A stretch of DNA of 63,477 bases, counting the filler. It is 4 parts of 4 records of this genome, joined end to end, with 100 filler letters (N's around TTAATTAATTAA, not from the genome) between each part and the next. Parts side by side here need not be neighbours in the genome. Positions count along the whole stretch, not along the records: positions 38,951 to 52,912 come from SRR20825010_6291; positions 53,013 to 63,477 come from SRR20825010_6299; 2 more parts are not named here. One strand, 5' to 3'. Positions within the stretch are counted from its first letter, which is position 1. Every line of letters begins with the position of its first letter. A program made the position numbers and the translations under genes. The notes beneath the pieces were generated by a model that was not told the DNA's origin, did no database searches, and worked only from the letters and a program-made list of their open reading frames with translations. Of this stretch, positions 49,589 through 60,074 are shown piece by piece.

Positions 49589-50391
49589 GCTTGCGCCTTG
49601 TTGAACAGGGAGAAGAAGTTATCCGCAGTGGCCTTGCCCAGTTCGGCCACACTAACGCCTTTAAGCTCAGCGACACATTCAGCCACCTGCGCCACATAAC
49701 GCGGTTCATTGGGTTTGCCACGGAACGGCACCGGCGCCAGCCAGGGCGAATCGGTTTCAATCAACAGCCGCTCCAGCGGCAGCTGCTTCACGGTGTCGCG
49801 CAGGGCCTGGGCGTTGCGGAAGGTCACGATACCGGAAATGGAAATATAGAAACCCAGCTCAATGGCCTGCAAGGCCATGTCCAAGTCTTCAGTGAAACAA
49901 TGCAACACCCCACGCACCTTCCCCCCACCGTGCTCACGCAACAGCGCCAGCGTGTCTTCCTTGGCGCCACGGGTATGCACAACCAGCGGCAGGCCGGTTT
50001 CCCGGGCCGCCTGGATATGGGCGATAAAATAGCGTTGTTGCCACTCCCGCTCTTCCTTGGCGTAGAAATAATCCAGCCCGGTCTCACCGATGGCCACTAC
50101 CTTGGAATGCGCCGCCCGCTCTACCAGCTCGGCGGATTGCGGCTCGCGGGATTCCTTGTAGAGAGGATGCACGCCAACGCTGGCGAAGACGTTATCGTAT
50201 TGCTCGGCCAAGGCCTGCACTTGCGGGAAGGTCTCCAGGTCCACACCGATACACAGCATATGGCTGACCCCCGCCTGCGCCGTGGCCGCCATCATCGCCT
50301 CAAAATCGCCTCCATGGGCGTCAAGATTCAGGCGATCCAGATGGCAATGGGAATCCACAAAAGGGCTAGCAGTCACAACAGGCTCCAACAT
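49585..50391 (-). CDS. TatD-family hydrolase (YcfH-like)
   Basis: DSHCH, GVHP, IGETGLDY, VHTR, HCFT, ETDSP. Confidence 0.92.
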   Translation of the reverse strand: MLEPVVTASPFVDSHCHLDRLNLDAHGGDFEAMMAATAQAGVSHMLCIGVDLETFPQVQALAEQYDNVFASVGVHPLYKESREPQSAELVERAAHSKVVAIGETGLDYFYAKEEREWQQRYFIAHIQAARETGLPLVVHTRGAKEDTLALLREHGGGKVRGVLHCFTEDLDMALQAIELGFYISISGIVTFRNAQALRDTVKQLPLERLLIETDSPWLAPVPFRGKPNEPRYVAQVAECVAELKGVSVAELGKATADNFFSLFNKAQA

Positions 50392-50431
50392 TAAAAACGC
50401 AGGTATTGTAGAGCAGATAGGTAACACGCGA

Positions 50432-50559
50432 CACGCTGCACGCAACAACACGAGCCAAGTTTGTGTGTCTCTAAACGCATGGGGCCGCGCTCAGGTTATG
50501 AGCGCGGCCCCAGAAGTTTCAATACGAGAAAGCACTATCGCGTTGTTGCGTGCAGCGTG
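50432..50559. repeat. Nested inverted-repeat element between pilZ and tatD
   Basis: 18-bp perfect IR (50432-50449 / 50542-50559) around a 13-bp stem GGGGCCGCGCTCA/TGAGCGCGGCCCC (50481-50511). Confidence 0.75.
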
Positions 50560-50579
50560 ATGCATGCAGCGCCCCAGCT

Positions 50580-50927
50580 TCACATCGTATGCGTCGGTCG
50601 ATCCGACTCCAGCGAGCCTGCCAGGTGATTTTCGATGGTGACACGGGCGGTGTCATCCTGGTCGGAGAACTGCACGCCGATCCCGGCGCTACGGTTACCT
50701 TGAGCGCCTTTGGGCGTAATCCAGATCACCTTGCCTGCCACCGGAATCTTGTCGGCTTCGTCCATGATATTGAGCAACAGGAAGATCTCTTCCCCCAGCT
50801 TGTATTGCTTCTCGGTGGGAATGAACAAGCCGCCATTGGTAATGAAGGGCATGTAGGCCGAGTACAGCACCGCTTTGTCTTTGATGGAAAGCGACAGAAT
50901 GCCACTACGACCGCCGGGCATTTTCAT
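50580..50927 (-). CDS. pilZ: Type IV pilus PilZ protein
   Basis: LYSAYMPFITNGGLFIPT..GIGVQF..RPTHTM; holB-pilZ-tatD synteny. Confidence 0.93.
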   Translation of the reverse strand: MKMPGGRSGILSLSIKDKAVLYSAYMPFITNGGLFIPTEKQYKLGEEIFLLLNIMDEADKIPVAGKVIWITPKGAQGNRSAGIGVQFSDQDDTARVTIENHLAGSLESDRPTHTM

Positions 50928-50969
50928 GAACGAGCCTCTTACGAAATTATTATTAATCTTTGATAAAGG

Positions 50970-52912
<1,943 letters not shown>

Positions 52913-53012
52913 NNNNNNNNNNNNNNNNNNNNNNNNNNNNNNNNNNNNNNNNNNNNTTAATTAATTAANNNNNNNNNNNNNNNNNNNNNNNNNNNNNNNN
53001 NNNNNNNNNNNN
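52913..53012. other. Artificial contig spacer
   Basis: Same linker; GC-rich sequence before, AT-rich after. Confidence 0.99.
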
Positions 53013-53111
53013 CATTTCTGCTTCGGCAAGCTCAATTTCTTTTCTACCCCAATCTGCAAGGGTAATATCTTTTACTTTAAACGCCGTGTAAGGCACAGTT
53101 TTCGTTGACAT
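53013..53111 (-). CDS. ahcY: Adenosylhomocysteinase, N-terminal fragment (absent from ORF track)
   Basis: Hand translation MSTKTVPYTAFKVKDITLADWGRKEIELAEAEM. Confidence 0.88.
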
Positions 53112-53207
53112 ATTTGTTATATTTATACCCGTTAAGGCGGGCATGTATTAAAAATTTATTTTTCTAGTTTTAAGTCTGCAAAAATACGAAATATCCTTTG
53201 AAAGTCT

Positions 53208-53846
53208 ATGGCACTTTACAAAACTATAACAGTTAACGAACACACTAAAGTCTTCATTTGGAAGATTGAAGAATCCTTTGAACTCCTTTCAGAAGGTATA
53301 AATCTTACCCTGAACTGTGCAAACAGGGTAGATTCTATGAAAAGTGATCTACATCGTCGTGGATTTATGAGTATTCGGCATTTGTTGGCTTTGGAAGGTT
53401 ATACAGATTTTGATTTGTATTATGACGAAAATGGGAAGCCACATTTAAAAGATGAAAAGCATATTTCAATAACACATTCCTTTAATTATTCAGCAATAAT
53501 TATTAGCGATACCGAAGTAGGAATTGATATAGAAATGCAGCGTAATAAAATTCTGCGAATTGCACATAAATTTACGCCCATTGAAGAATACAGAACCATT
53601 GCAAATGAAGATGCAATGATGCGCAAACTTACCATAGTTTGGTGCGCTAAGGAATCACTTTATAAAAGTTTTGCCGAAAAAGGAGTGAGCTTTCTAGAAA
53701 ATATTTATGTAGAAGAGTTTATGCTTGAGGATTCTAAAACCACTGCTGCTGTTACTTTTGACAACAAACACGAAAAGTACGATGTTGATTTCCTAGAGTT
53801 TGATGGCTTTACTTGTGCATATGCTCTTATTTCTGAAAAGCAGTAA
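53208..53846 (+). CDS. 4'-phosphopantetheinyl transferase family protein
   Basis: GKP, ISITHS, VGIDIE, WCAKESLYK. Confidence 0.9.
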   Translation: MALYKTITVNEHTKVFIWKIEESFELLSEGINLTLNCANRVDSMKSDLHRRGFMSIRHLLALEGYTDFDLYYDENGKPHLKDEKHISITHSFNYSAIIISDTEVGIDIEMQRNKILRIAHKFTPIEEYRTIANEDAMMRKLTIVWCAKESLYKSFAEKGVSFLENIYVEEFMLEDSKTTAAVTFDNKHEKYDVDFLEFDGFTCAYALISEKQ

Positions 53847-54539
53847 ATGGAAGATTTTTTTTACAACTCTATTTTAAAAGCTGTTACCAAAAAAGAAAAA
53901 CAACTTGCTATTCTAATTGATCCAGACAAGTTTTCTACTTCTGAAACAACACCTTTTTTGAAGAAAATTCCTAAAGAAACCACACATCTTTTTGTAGGAG
54001 GAAGCACAGTTGAAAATGGTGTAACAGACCAAACGGTAAGCGTATTAAAAGCAGAAACAAAACTTCCTATTTTTCTTTTTCCGGGAGATTATTCACAAAT
54101 TACGACACTTGCGGATGCGCTGTTATTTTTAAGCTTGCTTTCTGGGAGAAATCCTGAATATTTGATAGGCCAGCAACTTAAATCAATTTCGAAATTAAAA
54201 AATTCTGCATTGGAAATAATTCCGACAGGCTATATTTTAATTGATGGCGGAAATGTTTCAGCAGTTTCAAAGGTTACTAATACCGAACCACTTTCGCAGC
54301 AAAATGTAGACCAGATTGTGCATACGGCAGTTGCAGGACAATTTATGGGTGCTAAATTAATTTATTTGGAAGCTGGTAGCGGTGCGAAATTTCCCGTAAA
54401 CCCTCAAATTATTTCCGAAGTAAATAAAGCAATCAATATTCCATTAATTGTAGGTGGTGGGATAAAAACAGAAGTGCAAAAAGAAACGGCATACAAGGCG
54501 GGAGCTGCTATGATTGTGATGGGAACTGCATATGAATGA
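53847..54539 (+). CDS. pcrB: Geranylgeranylglyceryl/heptaprenylglyceryl phosphate synthase
   Basis: LIDPDK, VGGS, LFPG, SGRNP, YLEAGSGA, VGGGI. Confidence 0.9.
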   Translation: MEDFFYNSILKAVTKKEKQLAILIDPDKFSTSETTPFLKKIPKETTHLFVGGSTVENGVTDQTVSVLKAETKLPIFLFPGDYSQITTLADALLFLSLLSGRNPEYLIGQQLKSISKLKNSALEIIPTGYILIDGGNVSAVSKVTNTEPLSQQNVDQIVHTAVAGQFMGAKLIYLEAGSGAKFPVNPQIISEVNKAINIPLIVGGGIKTEVQKETAYKAGAAMIVMGTAYE

Positions 54540-54608
54540 AATTTCAAAACTGCCAGCTGCCACTGCTAACGAAATACTTTTATAATTGTAACTTTGAATG
54601 AAAATTTA

Positions 54609-54875
54609 ATGAAAATGAAAATCTCAGTAGAACTGACACTTACCCCATTGCAAGACGATTTTGAACCTGCAATTATCAATCTTATAAAAAACCTACGAAA
54701 TTCTGGTCTTACAGTGCTGGAAAACCCTTTAAGCACACAGATTTACGGCGATTATGATGCGGTTATGGGGCTGCTTCAAAAGGAAATGAAAATTGCTTTA
54801 GAAGCTGTTGAGAGAGGTTTGCTTTATATAAAAATTGTAAAATCAGATAGAAGCGATTATGAGCCACATTTTTGA
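54609..54875 (+). CDS. Thiamine-binding/YkoF-like small protein
   Basis: ISVELTLTPL..NPLSTQIYGDYD. Confidence 0.7.
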   Translation: MKMKISVELTLTPLQDDFEPAIINLIKNLRNSGLTVLENPLSTQIYGDYDAVMGLLQKEMKIALEAVERGLLYIKIVKSDRSDYEPHF

Positions 54876-55497
54876 TTGGTTTTTTGCACAATACAATGCT
54901 GTTCCAACATTTATTATAACTCTTGAGCTTCTTGGAATAGGATTCGGCATATTGAGTGCTTGGTTTTCTAAACAAAACAATATTCTGATCTATCCAACAG
55001 GAATTTTAAGCACGGCTATTTTTGTATACATCCTTGCTTATTATGGACTTTTAGGCGATTTAGTTATAAATGCCTATTATTTTTCAATGAGTATTTATGG
55101 TTGGTATGTATGGACGCGAAAGGTTGATGCTGAGCATTATACTCCGATAACCACAACGAATTCAAAAGAAAAGAAAATATCACTTTTTATATTTATAGCC
55201 ACTTTAATTTTTATATATATAATCTACGAAATTTTCGACAAATGGACGAGTTGGACCGCATATGTTGATACACTAACTACTGCTATATTTTTTGTAGCAA
55301 TGTGGCTTTTAGCTCGAAAAAAACTAGAAAACTGGATATTTTTGCTAATTGGTAATGTAATTTCAATACCACTGTATTTTTACAAAGGATTGATTTTTAC
55401 ATCATTTCAATTTATATTATTTGTTATTATTTCAATATATGGATACCGCGCGTGGAAGAAAAACATAAACAAACCCGAAACCAGTCTGATACACTAA
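54859..55497 (+). CDS. pnuC: PnuC-family vitamin transporter
   Basis: YPTG, YGWYVW, D..TT..MWLLARKKLENW. Confidence 0.88.
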   Translation: MSHIFDWFFAQYNAVPTFIITLELLGIGFGILSAWFSKQNNILIYPTGILSTAIFVYILAYYGLLGDLVINAYYFSMSIYGWYVWTRKVDAEHYTPITTTNSKEKKISLFIFIATLIFIYIIYEIFDKWTSWTAYVDTLTTAIFFVAMWLLARKKLENWIFLLIGNVISIPLYFYKGLIFTSFQFILFVIISIYGYRAWKKNINKPETSLIH

Positions 55498-56027
55498 TCA
55501 AAGTAGTGCTTTACGGCCCGGAATCTACTGGAAAAACTACCTTGGCTAAACATTTGGCTGCACATTATAATACGCTTTGGGTACCCGAGTTTATGCGCGA
55601 ATACCTTCAAGAAAAATGGGATTCTAAAAAAGAATTAGTTGAAAAGAAAGATTTAATTCCTATTGCAAAAGGACAATTAGCGCTTGAAAGTAAAACGTCA
55701 CAACAGGTTGATAACTTGCTTATTTGCGACACTAATTTGTTGGAATTAAAAGTGTATTCTGAATATTATTACAATGGATTTTGCCCTGCTGAAATAAAAA
55801 GCGAAGCAACCAAAAACAATTATAGCATCTACCTTTTAACCTATATTGATACACCATGGCAAGCAGACGATTTGCGGGACAGACCAAATAATCGCGAAGA
55901 GATGTTTCAAGTTTTTGAAAATGAATTAATTAAAAATGAATTTCCGTATCAAGTTTTAATAGGTAACGAAAAAGAAAGAATTGAAAAAGCAGTCAAAATT
56001 ATTGACACATTGCTGAAGAAAAAATAA
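55452..56027 (+). CDS. NadR-like kinase/ATPase domain protein
   Basis: GPESTGKTT, VPEFMREY, CDT, W..D.LR. Confidence 0.88.
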   Translation: MEEKHKQTRNQSDTLIKVVLYGPESTGKTTLAKHLAAHYNTLWVPEFMREYLQEKWDSKKELVEKKDLIPIAKGQLALESKTSQQVDNLLICDTNLLELKVYSEYYYNGFCPAEIKSEATKNNYSIYLLTYIDTPWQADDLRDRPNNREEMFQVFENELIKNEFPYQVLIGNEKERIEKAVKIIDTLLKKK

Positions 56028-56028
56028 T

Positions 56029-57555
56029 ATGCTCACTGAAAAAAACCTACGTCAAATAAATAATCACGGACTTACAGAAGCTAAAGTAAACCATCAACTT
56101 GCAATTTTTAAAGAAGGAATTCCCTTTACCAATATAGTTGAAGCCGCAGAAATTGGAAGCGGGATTGAAAAATTTTCAGATGAAGAACAACAATATTATG
56201 CTTCTTTATTTGAAAACGAAAAAGAGAAGCTTGAAATAGTAAAGTTTGTTCCAGCTTCTGGAGCTGCAACACGAATGTTTAAGTTTTTACATCAGTTTTT
56301 AGAGAATTTTAATCCAGAAAATGATGCTATTGATGTTTTTCTTGAAAAAGAAGAAAACAAAAATCTAAATACTTTTTTTAGTTCAATAGAAAAATTTGCT
56401 TTTTCAGGCTTGATAACTAAAAAATTAGAAAACAAATACCTTGATTATCACGAGCTCTCGCTGGAAAAAAAATACTATTATTTTGTACAAGAAATGCTTG
56501 AAGAATCTGGCTTAAATTTCAGTAATACGCCAAAAGGACTTGTCCCATTTCATAAATATGGAGCAAATTATGTAACCGCTTTTGGAGAGCAATTATATGA
56601 AGCTGCTTTTTATGCGAGATCAAAAAGGTGTGCAAATTTGCACTTTACGGTTTCTGCACAACACGAAGAAAAGTTTAAAAGACGATTTGATGAAATAAAA
56701 CAATCGGTAGAAAGTAAAACTGGGGTGAAGTTTAATATTTCGTACTCTTTTCAGAAAAAAGAGACAGATACTATTGCCACAACTCCCGAAAATAAAGCTT
56801 TTTTGGATGAAAATGGAAATTTACTTTTTCGTCCTTCTGGTCACGGCGCATTATTGGAAAACTTGAATGATGTTAATGCGGATGTCATTTTTATTAAAAA
56901 TATAGACAATGTGGTTTCAGAACAGTATATTGAAACTGTTGCTTTTCAGAAAAAAGTACTTGCAGGAAAATTATATTCACTACAGCAGAAAATCTTCAGT
57001 TTTGCTGAAAAAATTTCTTCAGAGAATGCTTCCGAAAATTTATTACAAGAAGCAGCGCATTTTATTTCTGAAGAATTAAAACTAAAAAACATTCCTACTA
57101 ATAAGGAAGCGATTCTAAAAATATTGGAACGCCCAACACGTATATGTGGTGTGGTTGAAAATACGGGAGCTCCTGGTGGCGGCCCTTTTCTTATAAAAAA
57201 TAAAAATGGAGACCAATCGTATCAAATTGTTGAAATGTCACAAATTGATATGAAAAACCCTACTCAAAAAAGCTTGGTTGAAAAGGCCACGCATTTTAAT
57301 CCTGTAGATTTGGTGTGTGGGGTTCGTAATTATAAAGGTGAAAAATATAACCTTTTGGAGTTTTCTGATCCAGATTCAGGTTTTATTTCAGAAAAATCAT
57401 TTCAAGGCAAACCAATAAAAGCACTGGAAATGCCTGGACTTTGGAATGGAGCAATGGCTAATTGGAACACTGTTTTTGTGGAAGTGCCTCTTAGTACTTT
57501 TAATCCTGTAAAAACGGTGAATGATTTGTTGAATGATGTACACCAGCCAAAATGA
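56029..57555 (+). CDS. DUF4301-family protein
   Basis: KFVPASGAATRMFK, FRPSGHGAL, THFNPVDL, PGLWNGAM, FNPVKTVNDLL. Confidence 0.9.
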   Translation: MLTEKNLRQINNHGLTEAKVNHQLAIFKEGIPFTNIVEAAEIGSGIEKFSDEEQQYYASLFENEKEKLEIVKFVPASGAATRMFKFLHQFLENFNPENDAIDVFLEKEENKNLNTFFSSIEKFAFSGLITKKLENKYLDYHELSLEKKYYYFVQEMLEESGLNFSNTPKGLVPFHKYGANYVTAFGEQLYEAAFYARSKRCANLHFTVSAQHEEKFKRRFDEIKQSVESKTGVKFNISYSFQKKETDTIATTPENKAFLDENGNLLFRPSGHGALLENLNDVNADVIFIKNIDNVVSEQYIETVAFQKKVLAGKLYSLQQKIFSFAEKISSENASENLLQEAAHFISEELKLKNIPTNKEAILKILERPTRICGVVENTGAPGGGPFLIKNKNGDQSYQIVEMSQIDMKNPTQKSLVEKATHFNPVDLVCGVRNYKGEKYNLLEFSDPDSGFISEKSFQGKPIKALEMPGLWNGAMANWNTVFVEVPLSTFNPVKTVNDLLNDVHQPK

Positions 57556-57956
57556 ATACAGATATTCTAATTTCTGAACTAACCTTTAAAGCCATTCGCA
57601 GCAGTGGGCCTGGCGGGCAACACGTTAATAAAACGGCTTCAAAAGTTGAAGTTGCTTTTCATTTAGAATCTTCAGAAGCACTTTCAGAAAATGAAAAAGA
57701 AAGACTACGCCATAAACTTTCTAATAAAATTTCTTCAGAAGGGATTTTAATCATACAATGTGGCGAAACCAGGAGCCAGCATCGAAATAAAACGATTGTT
57801 ATTGAGCGATTGATAGCTTTACTCCAACAAAATCTAAAAGTGGCAAAGCTGCGTAAAAAAACAAAACCTTCAAAAGGCGCTATTGAAAGACGCTTAAAAT
57901 CAAAAAAAGAGCACGCATTTAAAAAATCCAATCGGAAACCTCCAAAAATAGATTAG
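57552..57956 (+). CDS. arfB: Alternative ribosome rescue peptidyl-tRNA hydrolase
   Basis: RSSGPGGQHVNK, RSQHRN, basic C-tail. Confidence 0.93.
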   Translation: MNTDILISELTFKAIRSSGPGGQHVNKTASKVEVAFHLESSEALSENEKERLRHKLSNKISSEGILIIQCGETRSQHRNKTIVIERLIALLQQNLKVAKLRKKTKPSKGAIERRLKSKKEHAFKKSNRKPPKID

Positions 57957-57981
57957 TTTTTATACGGTTCTTTATACAGTT

Positions 57982-58002
57982 AGTGTGTATTTTTTACACA
58001 CT
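57982..58002. promoter_or_regulatory. Palindromic operator / possible sigma54 enhancer
   Basis: AGTGTGTA-N5-TACACACT; second half-site TTTTACACAC just downstream. Confidence 0.5.
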
Positions 58003-58188
58003 TGTCCTACATTTTACACACATTTCTTTTCGGCATAAAAAAACGATAAAACTTCAAAACACTGTTTTTTAGATTTTTAGCGAATTGTTTTGTCGCTTTA
58101 TTTCTCTGGCACTACTTTTTCTATATACAGAACAACAAACAAACTTAGAAACGAATAAATATTTTTAAAACAAAAAAAAACAATCATT

Positions 58189-58572
58189 ATGAAAAAGTTA
58201 ATTTTAAGTACAGCAATCGTATTAGGAGGTTTAACCGCAGTAACAGCGCAAACCGAAAAGAAACCAACAGCAATGAATGAGCAAACGCAAACAGCTGTTG
58301 AAGCACAAGTTGAAAGCAAATTGGATGCTGCTCAAGATGCTGCTATAATTGCTGAACCTGTTCAAGATTATAAAGAAGTAAAATCTTCTGAATTACCACA
58401 AGCTGTTAAAGACGCAGTAGCTAAAGATTTTAACGGTGCAACCATCTCTAAAGCTTATGTGAATGCCAATGGGGAATACAAAATCGAACTTACAACAGCA
58501 GGTAAAAAAGCTGCAACTGCATACGCAAATGCAAATGGTGAGTGGATTAAAAATGAAACAAAGAAGCAATAA
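58189..58572 (+). CDS. Small secreted protein (PepSY/BLIP-like C-terminal domain)
   Basis: Signal peptide; ELPQAVKDAV..ATISKAY..YANANGEWI. Confidence 0.75.
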   Translation: MKKLILSTAIVLGGLTAVTAQTEKKPTAMNEQTQTAVEAQVESKLDAAQDAAIIAEPVQDYKEVKSSELPQAVKDAVAKDFNGATISKAYVNANGEYKIELTTAGKKAATAYANANGEWIKNETKKQ

Positions 58573-58603
58573 GCTGTAGGTATTTTTAGATTCAATACTT
58601 CTG

Positions 58604-58636
58604 AAAAAGGTGTCCAAATTATGGACACCTTTTTTT
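58604..58636 (+). terminator. Intrinsic terminator
   Basis: AAAAAGGTGTCCA-AATTA-TGGACACCTTTTT. Confidence 0.85.
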
Positions 58637-58697
58637 ATGATAATTTTAAAGTTTGCCCACTCATTTCCTTACTATTTTTACGTTCATAGAAAACGGA

Positions 58698-60074
58698 ATG
58701 GTGCAGAAAATACATATAGTTGAAGATGACGTAGCCTTTGGTAAAATGCTTACGTCTTTTTTAGAACGACAAGGGTTTCTGGTTACGGTTTCCCTTACGG
58801 GTGAAAATGCTAGAAAAACTATTGGTGAAAATACAGTTGATTTTTTAATTACAGATTTAAAATTGCCAGATGATTCAGGTTTAGATCTGTTAGAGTATTC
58901 CTACAAAATATCTCCTACAACTAAGGTAATTTTAATGACGGGCTATGCTGAAGTAGATACAGCTGTTAAAGCTATAAAAAAAGGCGCATTAGATTATATT
59001 TCGAAGCCTTTTCGTCCTGAGGAATTACTTATGATTATTGAAGAAAATACTCATAAAACAGAATCTTCAGAAAAATTTATAGCAACAACTAAATCAAATT
59101 ATACCCAAGTAAAGCAAAACCCTTCAACAAATGTTAATGCCGAAAAGCCGCATTTTGTTGTTGGAATCAGTGAGTCTTCCAAAAAGTTTAATGATTATAT
59201 AAAACTTGTTGGTCCTACAAATATGTGTGTGCTAATTCAGGGTGAAAGTGGAACAGGAAAAGAAGTTGCTGCAAAAGCTATTCATAATTACAGTGACAGA
59301 AAAGATAAAAATTTTATTGCAGTAGATTGTGGTGCAATTCCGAAAGAGATTGCTGCCAGTGAATTTTTTGGTCATATTAAAGGAAGTTTTACAGGAGCAG
59401 TTAACGACAAAAAAGGTCATTTTGAAGCAGCTGATGGTGGGACACTTTTTTTAGATGAGGTTGGAAACCTTTCCTATGAAAATCAGATACAATTATTGCG
59501 TGCTTTGCAGGAGCGAAGAATAAAACCTGTGGGAAGTAATACTGAAATTAATGTAGATGTACGTATACTTTCAGCAACTAATGAAGATTTGTTACAGGCT
59601 GTTTCTGAAGGTAAATTTCGGGAAGACTTATACCATCGTTTAAATGAGTTTTCTATACATATTCCTTCACTTCAGGAACGAAAAGAAGATTTTTTTCTCT
59701 TTATAGAGTATTTTTTAAATGAAGCAAATATTGCTCTAGGAAAAGAAGTAATGGGGCTATCAAAAGAAGTAGAAGAAGCTTTTAAAAGTTATAATTGGCC
59801 TGGTAATTTACGGGAATTGAAAAACGTAATTAAACGTTCTGTTTTATTAACTAATACAGCAACGATTCCTTTAGAAGTGATTCCAAGAGAGGTACTTTTT
59901 ACTAAGAGGGAAGCAAAGCAAACCGTAGATTTTTCAAAAGAAAGTAATGAAAAGCGACTTATTTTAAATGCCTTAAAACAAGCTGATTTCAACAAGTCTA
60001 AAGCTGCAAAACTGTTAAACATTACCCGAAAAACACTTTATAATAAACTTGAGCTGTACCAAATAGAGCTTTAA
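58698..60074 (+). CDS. Sigma54-dependent NtrC-family response regulator
   Basis: REC (VEDD, TDLKLP), GESGTGKE, GSFTGA, LFLDE, WPGNLREL, Fis-type HTH. Confidence 0.95.
   Translation: MVQKIHIVEDDVAFGKMLTSFLERQGFLVTVSLTGENARKTIGENTVDFLITDLKLPDDSGLDLLEYSYKISPTTKVILMTGYAEVDTAVKAIKKGALDYISKPFRPEELLMIIEENTHKTESSEKFIATTKSNYTQVKQNPSTNVNAEKPHFVVGISESSKKFNDYIKLVGPTNMCVLIQGESGTGKEVAAKAIHNYSDRKDKNFIAVDCGAIPKEIAASEFFGHIKGSFTGAVNDKKGHFEAADGGTLFLDEVGNLSYENQIQLLRALQERRIKPVGSNTEINVDVRILSATNEDLLQAVSEGKFREDLYHRLNEFSIHIPSLQERKEDFFLFIEYFLNEANIALGKEVMGLSKEVEEAFKSYNWPGNLRELKNVIKRSVLLTNTATIPLEVIPREVLFTKREAKQTVDFSKESNEKRLILNALKQADFNKSKAAKLLNITRKTLYNKLELYQIEL

Noticed and set aside
49531-50394. 287-aa plus-strand ORF and similar long antisense ORFs in the GC-rich contigs
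   Set aside because: Antisense shadows of well-supported genes (tatD, rmuC, copB and others) with no motifs.
53112-53207. SAH/SAM riboswitch before ahcY
   Set aside because: Short AT-rich divergent promoter region with no recognisable aptamer.
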